A DNA stretch of 63,204 nucleotides, the filler included, from Folioceros fuciformis (lineage: Eukaryota), in assembly GCA_049999805.1 (NCBI GenBank). It is 6 parts of 6 records of this genome, joined end to end, with 100 filler letters (N's around TTAATTAATTAA, not from the genome) between each part and the next. Parts side by side here need not be neighbours in the genome. Positions count along the whole stretch, not along the records: positions 16,830 to 39,700 come from JBNGIO010004072.1; positions 39,801 to 46,804 come from JBNGIO010004073.1; positions 46,905 to 60,122 come from JBNGIO010004076.1; 3 more parts are not named here. One strand, written 5' to 3'. Below the pieces are notes generated by a model. The model was given only the letters and a program-made list of their open reading frames with translations, searched no databases and was not told where the DNA came from. This document shows, in pieces, positions 35,560 to 48,355 of this stretch. Each line of letters begins with the position of its first letter. Position 1 is the stretch's first letter. Both the position numbers and the translations under genes were made by a program.

Positions 35560-38500
35560 CATTCATGGAGTGTGGGCGGATTTGAAACTATTGAGACTAC
35601 TATAGCGATGGTTGGTGGTGCTCCATGTGACTTCAAGAGGGAAGGTGATGTCGGCATTGCTCAGCCCTTCCCATCTTGGCCCTTCCCATCTGTTTCTTCC
35701 TCCTTACCTCCTTTCGTCTGGGACTTCACTCACTCCATCTCCTCCTCTTGCTTGCTTGCATCTCATTTTCTTCGAAACCTGCACTCAACCCCCACCACCA
35801 TGCCTTCTCCTACTTTTGCAAGGTGGCCTATTGTTGCCAAATAGCATGCCCTCTCAGGTGGTTGTGCTAGCTTCCAACTCACAACAATTGGTGCCTACAA
35901 AACCAAACAAGGTCAACTCACAACGCAAAGCAAGTGTAGACCTTAAAGCATCTTTGCAAGGGCATGGGCACAACGTCCTAGACCAATTTAACTCGAGAGA
36001 ACTATGCCATGATCTGCGATTACTAAGAGCAAATAGATTAGTTTACAGCCTTGTTTCGATCATCAAAATGCCCAAAAATTACAGGTTATCAAGAATTAAT
36101 TGAAGAAGACCACCCTTGTAACCATGGTTGCAACTTTGTGTGAGCATGGATTCACAGCCCTTAATGGGTACAAGATTCGAAAAAGGGTGGAGTGCTATGT
36201 GGCCAAGTACAAGACAATAGCTGAATTTCTCAAGGAAACAAGGCAAGGTTTGGCCGAAGAGGAATGTAGAGTAGGTGTTACCGTTCAGAGGAAAAGTTGG
36301 GGAGTTTGTGGCCTTGCTTTGACTGGATGCATGCCATTTTTGGTGAATGGTGCAACATGAGCCCACTAGATAGTTTTAAAATCAGAATACCATCTACTAC
36401 TTCTCACAAGCCTGACTTCAACCAAACTACAATCTTTGTTGATTGTTCGAATGAGCCTGTGTAGCTAGTGGATGCTGAGCTTGGAGACCTTGAAGTCCAT
36501 GCAATTGAAGTGTCATAAACAACATCAACCTAATCACCTAAACAATCCACACACTCCCTTACCACTGCACCACTCTCTTCGAATTATGTCACTCCTCTTC
36601 TTCCTCGAATAGTCGTGCTCCCTCCTTACCATGCTAGCACTTTTTATGTTTTTCCATTAAACTTTAGAGCCAAGGTTGACTTAACAATGATGTATCTTTC
36701 AAGTCTTGGACAGCCTGAAGGTCAGTACTTCAATGTTGATCATCCATACAAACTAGCTCGCTGGGCCACCTCACTTGCCATCTCGTATTGAGCTTGGCCC
36801 CTAAAGTGATCTAGCCTAGCTTGAGTTTTCATAGATCATATGATAAAACAACGTAAATGGAAAAGAATTGCCTTCAAGAGTTCCTAAGAGCTCCAAAAGC
36901 ATGAATTGAGTTGAAGAAAGAGTTGAAATTCATAGGGTTCCAACTTCAACAAGACACCTCAAAAATAGGCTGTAAGCTTAAGTGTAAGAAGATTAAATTG
37001 TGGCAAGAGATACACAAAGGGAAGCTGGAAATGCAATTGCAAATACATGAGTTTAATGTAACCTAAGCATAGAAACATGAAGAATTTCTTGCAGACCAAG
37101 TAGAGCATCATGACTGGTACTTGGCAATTGAAAAGGAAAAATATATGCAACTTTAAGTTAATGCTAAGTGTAGAGATAGAGAATCCAAGCCTATTAGTCA
37201 ATGCCAATTGATGATCGAGGTTTGCAAGTCCAACAAGACTTTAGAAGAGATTCAAGCATACATGGCTATCACTAATGTCACTCTCTTCAAGTAGGAGATG
37301 CAATGACCTTGATGTTGATAAGTTCTATTGTTAATCGTTTTTTACTCTGTTTTGAATGGTGAGACTAGTTTCACTTTATACATGATTTTCCTAAAACTAC
37401 ATGATTTCTATTAAACATACTCTCACAAAAAAATATTTACATGTACTAATCAATGACAAATAATAGTTTAACAAAGTTTTCAATGTGTCGAACAAGATTG
37501 AGAATTGCTACTAGCTAAATCTTAATAATCCTTTTTGTTATCCATTTGAACCACAAACTGGTTCTCATTAAGGGTTACTTTTACATATTACAAAAAACAA
37601 GTCATGTATGGAGGCAACTTTCTTCAAAACGATGGAACCATAAGGCTTCTACCTTTAGTTTTTCTAGCAATACCTAACCTATTGCTTGGTATATTGCTTT
37701 TGAGGTTGATGTTCCTACACAATTGGATTGCTCCTACGTAGGTTGTTGTCTACGTCTATGGCAATTTCCAAAAGCATGTGCTATATATCATCCACAGTTT
37801 AGAAATCAGAAGTGCACATCATATAAGAATGGAGTAAAACACAAATGTGAATGCAACAATAAACACAACAGTAGTTGGCTTGTTGGTTATTTGAGTGCAA
37901 ACCTTCTTAAAGTTGAATCAACCATACTTATAACACACCAATACAATGCCACCAATACAATGCTTATTTACGTAGCATACCTTGGTAATTGTGGTGTTCA
38001 AATTTGTTTTATCTATTAATCCATAGATGTTCTTATATATAATTATTAAGTAGGAATAATTAACAGTATCACTATTCCATACATATTCAATTTCATAAAT
38101 GGCTTTAGTTTGTCAAGGTATATGGGTAGCTTAGACACACAAGAGTGTCTGACTTACAAGGGAAATATTTTGAAATACAATGTGAGATAAGATATGTCCA
38201 CCCAAGAAAAGAAGAAAAGTTGGTCTATTCTATTCATATATTGAAAGGACCTTATACACATGTCATAATGGAAAAAAATACAACGCACATTGCAAACATT
38301 TGAGCGAGCATGTCCTAGCTGCCAAATATCTTTCTAGTTCTAGACAAGAACTAGAAGAACTACAATCACTAAAAGACCAATGCATCATCACTAAATAAAT
38401 TTGTATTATTAAAAAAACTATAACAACATTGGGCCAAGTGTGGAAACCAGACGAGATTGGTATCCAAGAATTTTCACGAGTACTAACTTATTTGCTATCA

Positions 38501-39700
38501 AGAAGCTTCAATCAACTACTTAGGTCATTGCTTTCAAAAGTTATTGGTAGTAACCCACATGGGACATATTGAAAATGTGGTGACAAAAGGAAAGCGTTAT
38601 GGGCATAGGAGCTTTGGAGACGTTAAGCACATATGAAAATCTTGGAGATAAGTTGACTTGAAAACCTTGGAACTAGGTAGGTATGTGAGACAAGCATGAA
38701 ACAAGTAGAAAAAGTCTTGGAGATAAGCAAGCACTTAGAGGTAGACCAAGAAAGCTAAGCAAATTTTGGCAAATAAAAATCAATCATTTGTCATTTCACT
38801 CAAATGAGCGGTTTCAAACGACTGTCGTCTTATGATAGCTGAATGGTTGTCCCGAACCTACTTTGGCAACCTAACAACATTCTCGTTTTGTTGCCAAGCT
38901 CAACTTTGAGTCGCACTAATGTAGGGAGCCCGGGACCAATAGTCACCATCTTGCACAAGTCACTTACGTGGTGAAACTATTGAGAAACTTCGGCTGGTTT
39001 TGTTTTTTTCCGCCCTCAAAATTCCCTAACATTAGTAGAACTCAAAGCTTTTTTTACTAGCTATTTCGACATATGTCGAATCATCCATGTGAAATAAAAT
39101 TTTATTGTCAAAAAAATGAAAAATATGTTATATAAACACTTGGTTAAATTGATGAGAGTTTATGCAATGTCGAATGATCATGTCAAAAGAACGAACTAGA
39201 TAAACCTACGATGATTCTGAAGACTTAGAGGTAGCTCATGTTGTGGTGCTAATATGCTAGTAAATAGATGGTAATAGATAATGAGACATGTGAAGTTACA
39301 GTCAATTGCATACTCTCAACACAAAATTGGAAGCTCATACATTTTTAAGACCAAATGCGCTCTCTAAAACCTTATTGGTAGGCAGACATGTGGGAGACAA
39401 GTGTTCTGTGTAGAATCCCATTTTGGTGTATACCATGTTCTAGATGATCCAATTCTTTGAAATTCATATTTTTGAAAACACACTAGCTTCATGACAATGA
39501 ATGGAAAAAAAAATAAGATGAAAAGAAGGTGTTGTAGCTTGTGTAGCTAGAACAAAAATTGGTCTCAAGTTTTGGGAAGAGTCAATGTATATTATGTCTC
39601 TTCAAATATTATTATGTTGTTACTCGGCTCTTGGTGACAAGTTTCTCTTTGATAGGTTTTTTTGGCTAGATAGCCCTATGTAACCCACCAATAACATAAT
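35560..39700. mobile_element. AT-rich, highly degenerate transposon-like region; possible Harbinger Myb/SANT-like ORF remnant at 36100-36360
   Basis: No intact ORFs over 4 kb. KIRKRVECYVAKYKTIAEFLKETRQGLAEEE resembles the KY...TG.GL.E pattern recalled for Harbinger accessory proteins. Termini not found. Confidence 0.3.
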
Positions 39701-39744
39701 NNNNNNNNNNNNNNNNNNNNNNNNNNNNNNNNNNNNNNNNNNNN

Positions 39745-39756
39745 TTAATTAATTAA
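39745..39756. other. Artificial scaffold linker TTAATTAATTAA
   Basis: Spacer within an N-run. Confidence 0.95.
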
Positions 39757-39801
39757 NNNNNNNNNNNNNNNNNNNNNNNNNNNNNNNNNNNNNNNNNNNN
39801 C

Positions 39802-40734
39802 TGCACCGCTCTGCACTACGCGGCCCGAGGTGGACACACGGACCTGGCCCGGATACTGCTGCAGCGCGGCTGCTTTATCAATGCGCTAGACTGCAACGGC
39901 CGCACCCCACTCCACTTCGCGGCACAGCATGTGCGGCCAGACATCGTGGAGCTTCTCGTCAGCCGGGGGGCCGACAGGGGCATTGCCGACTCCTACGGCG
40001 CACTGCCCTGCGATGTGGCCGCCACCTGGGGCTCCTACGCCGTGCTCGATTGCTTATGGCCGCACTCCAGGCCGCACGATCGATGCACGCACCACCACTC
40101 ATCGCCGTCCGACTCCAATCCTTCCTCAGCCGGGAAACCCTCCATCGACGAGCTCCTCAATGTGTGCCGAATTGGAGAGCGGGAGGCCGGCCAACGGCTG
40201 GAGGCGCAGGCAGAGGCCACGCGCAACGCCACCGCAAGGTTACAGCTCGCGCTGGAGGAATGGCGGGACGCGGAACATTGCACCGCCAGGACAAGAAAGG
40301 CCGACCTCGCCGGCTCCTCCTCGAAAGAAGCTGCAACGGCGTTATCCGCCGTGCGCCAAGAAGATGAAGAAACAAAGGAAGCAACGGAGAACAAGAATAA
40401 CTCACAATGTACCCCTTCCGACACGGAATCCGATTACGATTCCATGCATGAGGCTCAGGTGCCGAGCATGGCCGATTTCTCGCCTCCCTCCGGATCCATC
40501 GAAGGCGGAGCAGCGGCAAGCGACGCCTGGGCAGATGCGTGGTGGTGCACCGAGTGGGAGGCTCCCTTCAGTAATTACAGTAGGAATGGTGAGCTTTTCT
40601 ACTGGGATGATGAAAACTTCGCAGCCAGGGAAAGAAAGCCACGTAACCAAACGCAGCAGACTGGACAAGCATGGTTGCAGGTTTTGGGAGATGGTCATAA
40701 GGGTATGCAAGACTCACCTGTTGCCGCTGTGTGA
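39802..40734 (+). CDS. Ankyrin-repeat protein, 5'-truncated at the scaffold start
   Basis: Open from 39802: TALHYAARGGHTDLARILLQRGCFINALDCNGRTPLHFAAQHVRPDIVELLVSRGAD...GALPCDVA, followed by a coiled/acidic tail. Confidence 0.85.
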   Translation, partial: CTALHYAARGGHTDLARILLQRGCFINALDCNGRTPLHFAAQHVRPDIVELLVSRGADRGIADSYGALPCDVAATWGSYAVLDCLWPHSRPHDRCTHHHSSPSDSNPSSAGKPSIDELLNVCRIGEREAGQRLEAQAEATRNATARLQLALEEWRDAEHCTARTRKADLAGSSSKEAATALSAVRQEDEETKEATENKNNSQCTPSDTESDYDSMHEAQVPSMADFSPPSGSIEGGAAASDAWADAWWCTEWEAPFSNYSRNGELFYWDDENFAARERKPRNQTQQTGQAWLQVLGDGHKGMQDSPVAAV

Positions 40735-40856
40735 TACGATCTCCCCACTCCTTCCACAGCCTCCACATCAATACAAATCATCCCTAGGGCCAAAACCTCC
40801 AACCAGCCACAATCTGAAAACAGCCTCCTTCGACCTTGAACCGACTCCATCAGGGG

Positions 40857-43800
40857 TCAAGACACCACCGCCTCCTCTACCGGCCTGCGTGCAGCTCGGT
40901 AGAGAGCGAAGGACAGATTCCTGATCTTCTCATCGCTGGAGGACTCATCTTTGATTTGCTCGAAATATGATATACCGTCCTTGAACTTTCCACCCTTTAG
41001 ATAGACTTTGAGGATGACTCTTTGACACACTACGTCTGCCTTGATTCCGCGAAACTGCATTTTGGCAAAGACCCTCGTAGCGTCATCCACAAGATTTGCT
41101 TCTCCGTAGGCCAGGATCACAGAGGTGTAGTGGGGACAGCCTGGGGACCACCCCTGTTCTTCCATCTTCTCTAGTAGACTTTCCGCCTCCCTCACCCTTC
41201 CCAACTTTCCGTATGTGGAGATGACAAGGAGGTAGGTAACCGGGTCTGCGGCACACCCTTGCTGTTCCATTGTGCGGAACACTTCTGCTGCTTCATTTGC
41301 ACGGCCAGCTTTGTTGTAGACCTTGATCAGAGTGTTTAAGGTAACCTGAAACATGCCGAAGTGAGGACCAACCCGCACAGATACAAGACAGGATCTCAGA
41401 AAGAACAAAGTTTACCTCAGATGGTGATATGCCAGCTGCTACCATTTCCTTAAATGCCTCTGTTGCCTCCAAGTAGCGACCTGAAGCGAAGAGCAAACTG
41501 CTGAGTCAAGAACAGAAGAAGGATCCTGAAATACACCTTACTTGCGAAAGAGGCGGTTCCAGGATGGTTCTGACCAGCTTTCAAAAAGCAGTCCATCATC
41601 TGATTGTATGCCATTTCGTCTACGCCGCATCCAGAGCTCTTCAGGGACTCAAAAAACTTTGCTGCTTCGATCGGACTTCCTGCCTTCGAGCACACACTGA
41701 AGATGAAACAGCCAAAAACCCGTCTTCAGCAGCTGCTCTCATTCTACGATTTCATCAACCATTTCAGGCACGGACCAAACCAACCTTATCAAAGTCGTAT
41801 AAGTTTGGAGCGAAGGCTTTAAGCCAGAATCCTGCATCTCTGTAAAGAACTCCATTGCCACACTGGGTTTCCCTGTAACAAGGCCAACAATGCTATCAAG
41901 CCTAGCCACGTCATGGAATCATCTGAACCAGAAAGCCGCAAGACAGGTACAACTCTAGGAGCACATAATGCATTGGCAAACAATGTTCGGAATGTACCAG
42001 CTTCAAGATATGCTTGCATTATACTGTTGAACATCACCACATCAAAAGAGATTCCTGCTCGCCTAGCCGACTTCACAAGAGAAGTCAGTTCATCAAACAT
42101 GCCTGCATAATCGGGGGAAACGTACCCAAGATGAAATTGACAGCCATTACGAAATTGGTCACGCCTGCTCCAAAAGAAACTAAACCAAGACGAGAAACAA
42201 TAGTGGAGCTTACCGGCTTTGCTGTAAGCCTTTATCATGATACTTGCAGTGACATTAGTAACACCATCAGCTGATTCCGCCTCCTTGTACAACTTGATGG
42301 CCTCATCAAGTTGGCCTGCTTTGTTGTACATGTTGATTGCTGACTGGTAAAGAGCTGCACTTGGGGGAAGGCCTGACTCGCGACATTTCTCAAAGAGTTC
42401 TAGGGCTTTCGCCATTAGTCCTTTTCTGGTAAAGAGCTGGAGTAACAGAGAAATTGTCTTTGCCTCAGGTTGATGACCTCGCTCCACCATAACAGCATAT
42501 GCCGAGTCAACTTTTTGCAATTCACCTGACAAAAACTCATGACAAAGTGCAGAGATGTGTGAGACAAAGGCTCCAGCTGTGCAACAGATCATGGAAAAAA
42601 AGTTCAGGACACATCTGACCTTCTCTTGCGAAACGCCTTGCAAGATAGTTCAGTGTCTTGGAATCCAACCTGCTGAGGTCTCTGGTGAGCGTGTTTGTCA
42701 AAGCTGTAGCTTTCGCCTTCGCTCCACACTCGTCAAATATGGTTATCATATTGGCCACAGCAGCCGGGTCACCCCTAGAGTTCCGAAAATACGCCTCAGC
42801 ATCTGCAATCCTACCTGCTTTCCCATAAGCCGCAGCAAGTACAGTTTTAATGATATCATTAGGAACCAGACCCATTTCCTCCATATCATGAACCATCTGT
42901 TCAGCAGAATCCAGATTCCCAACTGTACAGAAAACCTTTACCATTGCACCATAAAATTCTACATCGGGCACTAGTTTGTCCATTTTCATTCGCATGTACA
43001 AGTTTTCAGCTTCTTTGTCCTCTTGTAAAGCTCCGAATAGATTAATCATATTTGTATAAGACACTATGTTTGCAACTCCTAGGTCAATCATTTCTTGAAA
43101 TGTACACCTCGCACTTGAAAGGTCCATCTGTTTCACATGGCAAAGGAGCAGCGTGTCCCAAGCATTCTGACTCATCGGCAGGCCCCTGGACTGCATGTCA
43201 GTGACGAGCTGTAACGCACCGGTGGTGTTTCCAGCTTTCAGCCGCAAATTAGCCATCGTAACATAAGTCTTCTCCCTGCTGAGTAAATTTGCCTCAATCA
43301 GTTCCTCAAAAACTTTCTCTGCCTCCACAAAAAGTTGAGCTTTCCCATAGATATTTATCACCGTGCTGTAAATCACTTCATCTGGTGCACATCCACTTTC
43401 TCGCATTTCCGAAAACAAAGCAGCTGCACCTGGATAGTCTCCTGCTTTGCCACAAATATTCATCATGGAGGCATATGAATACTTATTTGGAACGATACCT
43501 TGAGCCCTCATTGCGTCAAAGGTCTTCAACGCCTCCTCATGTCTGACAAGCAAAGGGCAATGCCAATGTTACCAAATTCGAAGACAAGAAGGATATGAAA
43601 CACAAATCGGCTCCAGCCTTCTGTCAAAAAATTACCTTTCAAGTCTGCACAGCATACTGATAGCCATGTTGTAGAGAAGTTCATCAGGAGCAAAGCCAGC
43701 TTTCTTCATTTGCTTGAATACTTCTAGTGCAGTATCTTCTTGCTGCAGCCTTCTGAGACAGTTGATGACGAGTGTATAAGTATGATAAAGAGGATCCAAG

Positions 43801-45142
43801 CGACCTTCCAATAGGTGTTGCCAAAGAGTGGTACAATCTGTTAGTCGTCCAGCCTTGTACAGATGATAAATCATGGTAGTGAAAATAGTGGCAGACGGTA
43901 GCAAGCCATTCTCCCGCATGTTGACATAAGTCGACAGCATTTCATCGTACATTTCTGCCTGTCCGTAAGCTTGAATCATACTAGAAAATGCCACGTCATC
44001 CAGTTCACACTCTTCTTCATTCATCTCCCGCAGCAGCTCCTCCGCAAGATCGATCTTTCCAGCCTCACCATAAATCCTTAGCAAGATGGTATACACCACC
44101 ACACTCGGTCTGAATGGCACCTGCACTATTTCAACCACGCACATTGCAAAAATAAGGACAAGAGCAAAAGAAAGGAAGGCGACATCGTTCAAGAACACCC
44201 ACACATTGCTGGACTGCACAGCAATGTACAGGATTACGTCTAGTCTTCTACAGCACCCCGCGCCCGTGATTGCGTCATGGCAGCACCTGAGTCTTCATCC
44301 ACTGAAAAAAATCACGGGCAGGTCTCCAGCCTCGCTGCTCCTTTAGCACAGTGCACATGTCTCGGAAAGTCAACAGGCCAAACCAAGGTTGCATCACCCG
44401 ACTCACATCTACACTGTCTGCACACATAACCACACACTCAGACACATATCCACCTCCGAAACCTGCATTACGTAACTGCAATCCTCACTGTAAACACGCC
44501 ACAACCATCGCTAGCACCGCTCCCAACCTCTCGTTCTCTTACAACGGAAATCCAGCTCACCAGCAGGCACAGAAGCCAGCTGCCGCACGGCGGAGATCGC
44601 CGATTCCACATGCCTCTTATACCGCCTTCTCCACCGCGCTTGCCACTTATTGTCTGCCAAATATTCCTGCATTTGTTGCGGACTGCGTTTGATCCACGGC
44701 ACTCCTCTCGCCGCGGACCCCTGCACAGAGCTGTAAGGTCAGAAACCGGCCACTCTCTCGTGCTCGGACCTCGGCACCGATTCGAGCACATCGAGGCACG
44801 TACTTGATTTTTGCGGAGCTGGCTCTCCCAGCGGGCCCGCTCCTTGATGACCCTGCGAGCGTTGGCATCGGAGAGGGGGTACGGGGACTCGCCTTTCCGC
44901 CTGAGCTTGGTCACGCCCTCATCGTTGCCATCGCTCAGTTTCCACGAGTCACGCCAAGGCGTAGCCATGGACACACAGGGTAGCGGCAGAATTGCATTCC
45001 GTACACGGGCTGATGCAGAGCGTCCCAAGCGCAGCGTCTGTCGCAGCGCATTGCCTCTGAATTCCAAGAAATGCCGCACCTGCCGCGTCCCGCAGCTTTT
45101 GTTGCTGCCCACAGGCCATGCTGTGGCCGCGTTGATGCTCAT
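40857..45142 (-). CDS. Plastid P-class pentatricopeptide repeat protein, EMB976 (At5g27270)-like, multi-exon
   Basis: WKLSDGN...YPLSDANARRVIK...LRKNQGS...WIKRSPQQMQEYL and LTFRDMCTVLKEQRGWR..RDFF.WMK.Q..RPSVVVYTILLRIYG, then many 35-aa P repeats across short GT-AG introns. Confidence 0.88.
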
Positions 45143-45692
45143 CGCCTGCCAATCTTCGGCTCCAACTTTCGCTTCCGAAAGCTCATGTTCTCATCAGAGC
45201 CCGCTGAACCCACCGTCGGTGTCGTCCGCTGGATATTTTTGAGCACATCTTTACGGTGGGTGGTTCGTTCTTGTGACTCGAAGAACAATAATGCATTCAA
45301 CTAGTTTTTTTATTTGATGACGTTCCNNNNNNNNNNNNNNNNNNNNNNNNNNNNNNNNNNNNNNNNNNNNNNNNNNNNNNNNNNNNNNNNNNNNNNNNNN
45401 NNNNNNNNNNNNNNNNNNNNNNNNNNCCAGCTGAACCGTCCCTCGCACGCATCCCCAGCACCCGTGGATCAGGGCGCTCGGAGTCCGAGTCCAACTCGCC
45501 CAAAAAAATTATGACAAACTGGGTTTCGAGGAGGAGAAAAGATTCTTGGTTGGGAAGGATCGATTTTGCAGAAGCCTGCCATGATATAGGGATATAGCAG
45601 ACACTAAACAGGACGAGGCTCCGGAGCTTTCACATCCACGAACTGCAGAAGTGCAGATGAATCTTCAACGAATATGCAACCAGTGACTGATC

Positions 45693-46511
45693 TCACTCAC
45701 TAAAAGGATCAATCCTGTTCCGCATCCATCGCCGGATATAGCTTGCTCGGAGCGCATTATGAACATAGGCATGCACATTGAGCTCCTTCAGCTGTGGTTG
45801 TTGATGGAAAGGCTTGTCATGTGCCTGAAGTGTCTCCGGTTTCTCGACAGACTCCACCCTGGTTACGGTCTCAGTCCTTCTTTCTGTCTCGGGACATGCT
45901 AGAAGATCCGGCCCCGGGGAGGAACTTACACCAAATACATTTCCGACGACATCAGATCCAGGTCCTCCTGCGACAGGAGGACACCCAGTTTCACCTTCAC
46001 TTGTAAGTGCGGGATTGGGTTGATCATCCGATCCATCTCCTACGGATTCCACCTCCATCCAGGGAACATTTCCAACATCTTCGCCGTGGCTTTCAACTCC
46101 GACTGCTTCTTCTGCACCCATATTCCTAGTCCCAAGGGACGTCTCCACAGCTTGCATAGCTGACACGAGGCTTGGTGAATCCACCTCGCCCCCCAAGACC
46201 CCTAACTCTTGCGTTAAAACCTGGCTCTGCAGTTTCAGTCTAGACACTTCCATCAACAGCCCCCTCTTGACTGCCTCCCAGGCCTTCCTCTCCTCCAACC
46301 ACGACTCATGCAACCGCATCCACCGCTCCTCCTTCTCCTCGAACTCCTTGTCCCGTATACCCCAAAACTCCTCTCCACAACCTGATACCTTCCTGGAGGC
46401 AGCACGAACAGGCACCCACATTGATGAAGCCCCTGGTACGGCTAACCCCCGAAGATGCACATGGCCACGACACCCCAGCGCCGTGAGAAACGTAGAGGGA
46501 CTGGAACACAT
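45693..46511 (-). CDS. Hypothetical protein, transit-peptide-like start and Trp/Glu-rich coiled segment reminiscent of the pTAC5 N-terminus
   Basis: 819-nt ORF from ATG 46511 containing EEKEERWMRLHESWLEERKAWEAVKRGLLMEVSRLKLQ. No downstream domain recognised. Confidence 0.45.
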   Translation of the reverse strand: MCSSPSTFLTALGCRGHVHLRGLAVPGASSMWVPVRAASRKVSGCGEEFWGIRDKEFEEKEERWMRLHESWLEERKAWEAVKRGLLMEVSRLKLQSQVLTQELGVLGGEVDSPSLVSAMQAVETSLGTRNMGAEEAVGVESHGEDVGNVPWMEVESVGDGSDDQPNPALTSEGETGCPPVAGGPGSDVVGNVFGVSSSPGPDLLACPETERRTETVTRVESVEKPETLQAHDKPFHQQPQLKELNVHAYVHNALRASYIRRWMRNRIDPFSE

Positions 46512-46848
46512 TGCATCGAAACGTCTTCCACTTCCAAGGGTCACAGGATCCTACTCTAGAACGCCCATCTCCGTGTCCTCCGACCTCTACAACTGCAACA
46601 AGCCAAGTAATCCATCTCCGCCTTCCCCTCCCGCTACAAACTGCATCGTACTAGAACCCATCTCCTTCTCTTCCACTCCCACAACTTCAACATTGCAAAA
46701 ACCTATGCTCCATCTCCAACACTCCTACGACTGCAACACGAAAGAACCCACGACCGACTCCACCTCCTACTCCTGCAAATGCTGGCAAAGCATGCAACGA
46801 CACANNNNNNNNNNNNNNNNNNNNNNNNNNNNNNNNNNNNNNNNNNNN

Positions 46849-46860
46849 TTAATTAATTAA
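46849..46860. other. Artificial scaffold linker TTAATTAATTAA
   Basis: Spacer within an N-run. Confidence 0.95.
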
Positions 46861-46906
46861 NNNNNNNNNNNNNNNNNNNNNNNNNNNNNNNNNNNNNNNN
46901 NNNNGG

Positions 46907-48355
46907 GGCGGGAGTGGCAGCAGCAGCAGCAGCGAGGAGTTCGACAGGGCGCTGGCCAAGGTGGCCGTGGTGCAGGTTTGCGAGTCGCTCGGCTTCCAGG
47001 GATTCCAAAAGTCAGCCACGGATATTCTCACAGACATCTGCATCCGGTACCTGGTGAATCTGGCCAAGTCGGCTCATTCCTACTGCAATCTAGCAGGCCG
47101 GACGCAGTGCAACGCTCTGGATGTGATTCTGGTGAGCTTCTTGCTGGTAGCAAAGGAGTGTTATGTTAGTGGAAGTGGTGAAGTGAGGGACTGAATGAAG
47201 CCGCGTGCAGGCGCTTGAGGATTTAGGCACGGGGCCGCGGACAGTTCTGGACCCTTCGCGTTCGATTTCGGCCTCGTCTGCGTTGCGAGATGTGATCAAG
47301 TACGTGGAGTATACTGAGGAAATTCCGTTTGCCAGACCGGTGCCGAGGTTCCCGGTGTCCAAGAAGCGAGCCCTTGCTCCGAGTTTCGCCGTTCTAGGGG
47401 AGGCTCCTCCACACCCTCATATTCCGACCTGGCTTCCAGCTTTCCCCGATCCTCACACGTACAAGGCTACGCCCGTATGGAGCGGCAGGAAAACGGACTT
47501 GAGAGCGGATCAGAGGGAGCAGGTTGAATTTCTTAGAAACCATGGCTTGGAGGTGAAATGGCCCGCCGGGTTGCCCTGTTCGTCTGCTCGTCTGATTTTT
47601 GACGTCTTCACGGATGCTTGCAGGCAAAGCAGCGGAGGAAAGGGGAACGGTCACTCATGTCTCTCAATTTGGCTTTGTCATCTAGCGGAGTTGGCGTCTC
47701 TTCTGCTGACGAGATTATGAGGTGGCCCGCTACTGGATCGAGAGCCCCTTCTGCCGGGATTCACAGCACAGGACTAGTTGTGGGGCAGCCTTCCAGTCTA
47801 ACGTCAAAGCAACATTGGCCGTCTAGAGACCAAGAGCAGCAGCAGGTTGCTGCTACACTAGGAATTGAGCAGTCGCAGAACAAAGCGAAAGGGAAGAGGA
47901 TCGTGGAATCCAGAAATCCCTCGCTGGCAAACCCTGTCGCACCGAGAGAAGGGATTGTGTCCGCCTTTCCTTATTTAAAGAGCTCTTTGGTGGAGCCTCA
48001 GAGTAGGAAAGTCGCACTCCCTTCTGCGGTTCAGGCATTTGCTCCTGCCATCCAGGCGGTCGCTGAAGAATCTCAAGAAACAAGTATGATGTCCTCGATG
48101 GATTTTTCTGCATTTGGTGCTCTTCCAGATGCGAAGGACCGGGCTCCCGTCCATCTTGCCTTTGATTGGGGAAGGAAGACGCGTGCTAATGCAGCTGTAG
48201 CGAGGCTAAGTCTTGGACTCAATGATGCCTCTATGATCAAAAAGAAGGGTGCACCTGTGAACGGGAAGGATGAAGAGAAGGATGACAAGAGGAAGAGAGT
48301 GGAGCAGATACTTGCACAAGCCATGGATGGCTTGGAGAATGACGCACAGGCTTAG
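46907..48355 (+). CDS. TAF8: TFIID subunit 8 (bromodomain-associated histone fold plus TAF8 C region), 5'-truncated
   Basis: Exons <46907-47131, 47211-47522, 47624-48355: F.RALAKVAV.QVCESLGF..FQ.SA...L......YL..LAKSA.SY.NLAGRT.CN..D.I.ALED, IPFARPVPRFPV, HIPTWLPAFPDPHTY..TP, and QRRKGERSL..L. Confidence 0.9.

Noticed and set aside
39929-40924. 331-aa ORF overlapping the ankyrin gene
   Set aside because: Alternative-frame shadow of a GC-rich CDS with no recognisable motif.
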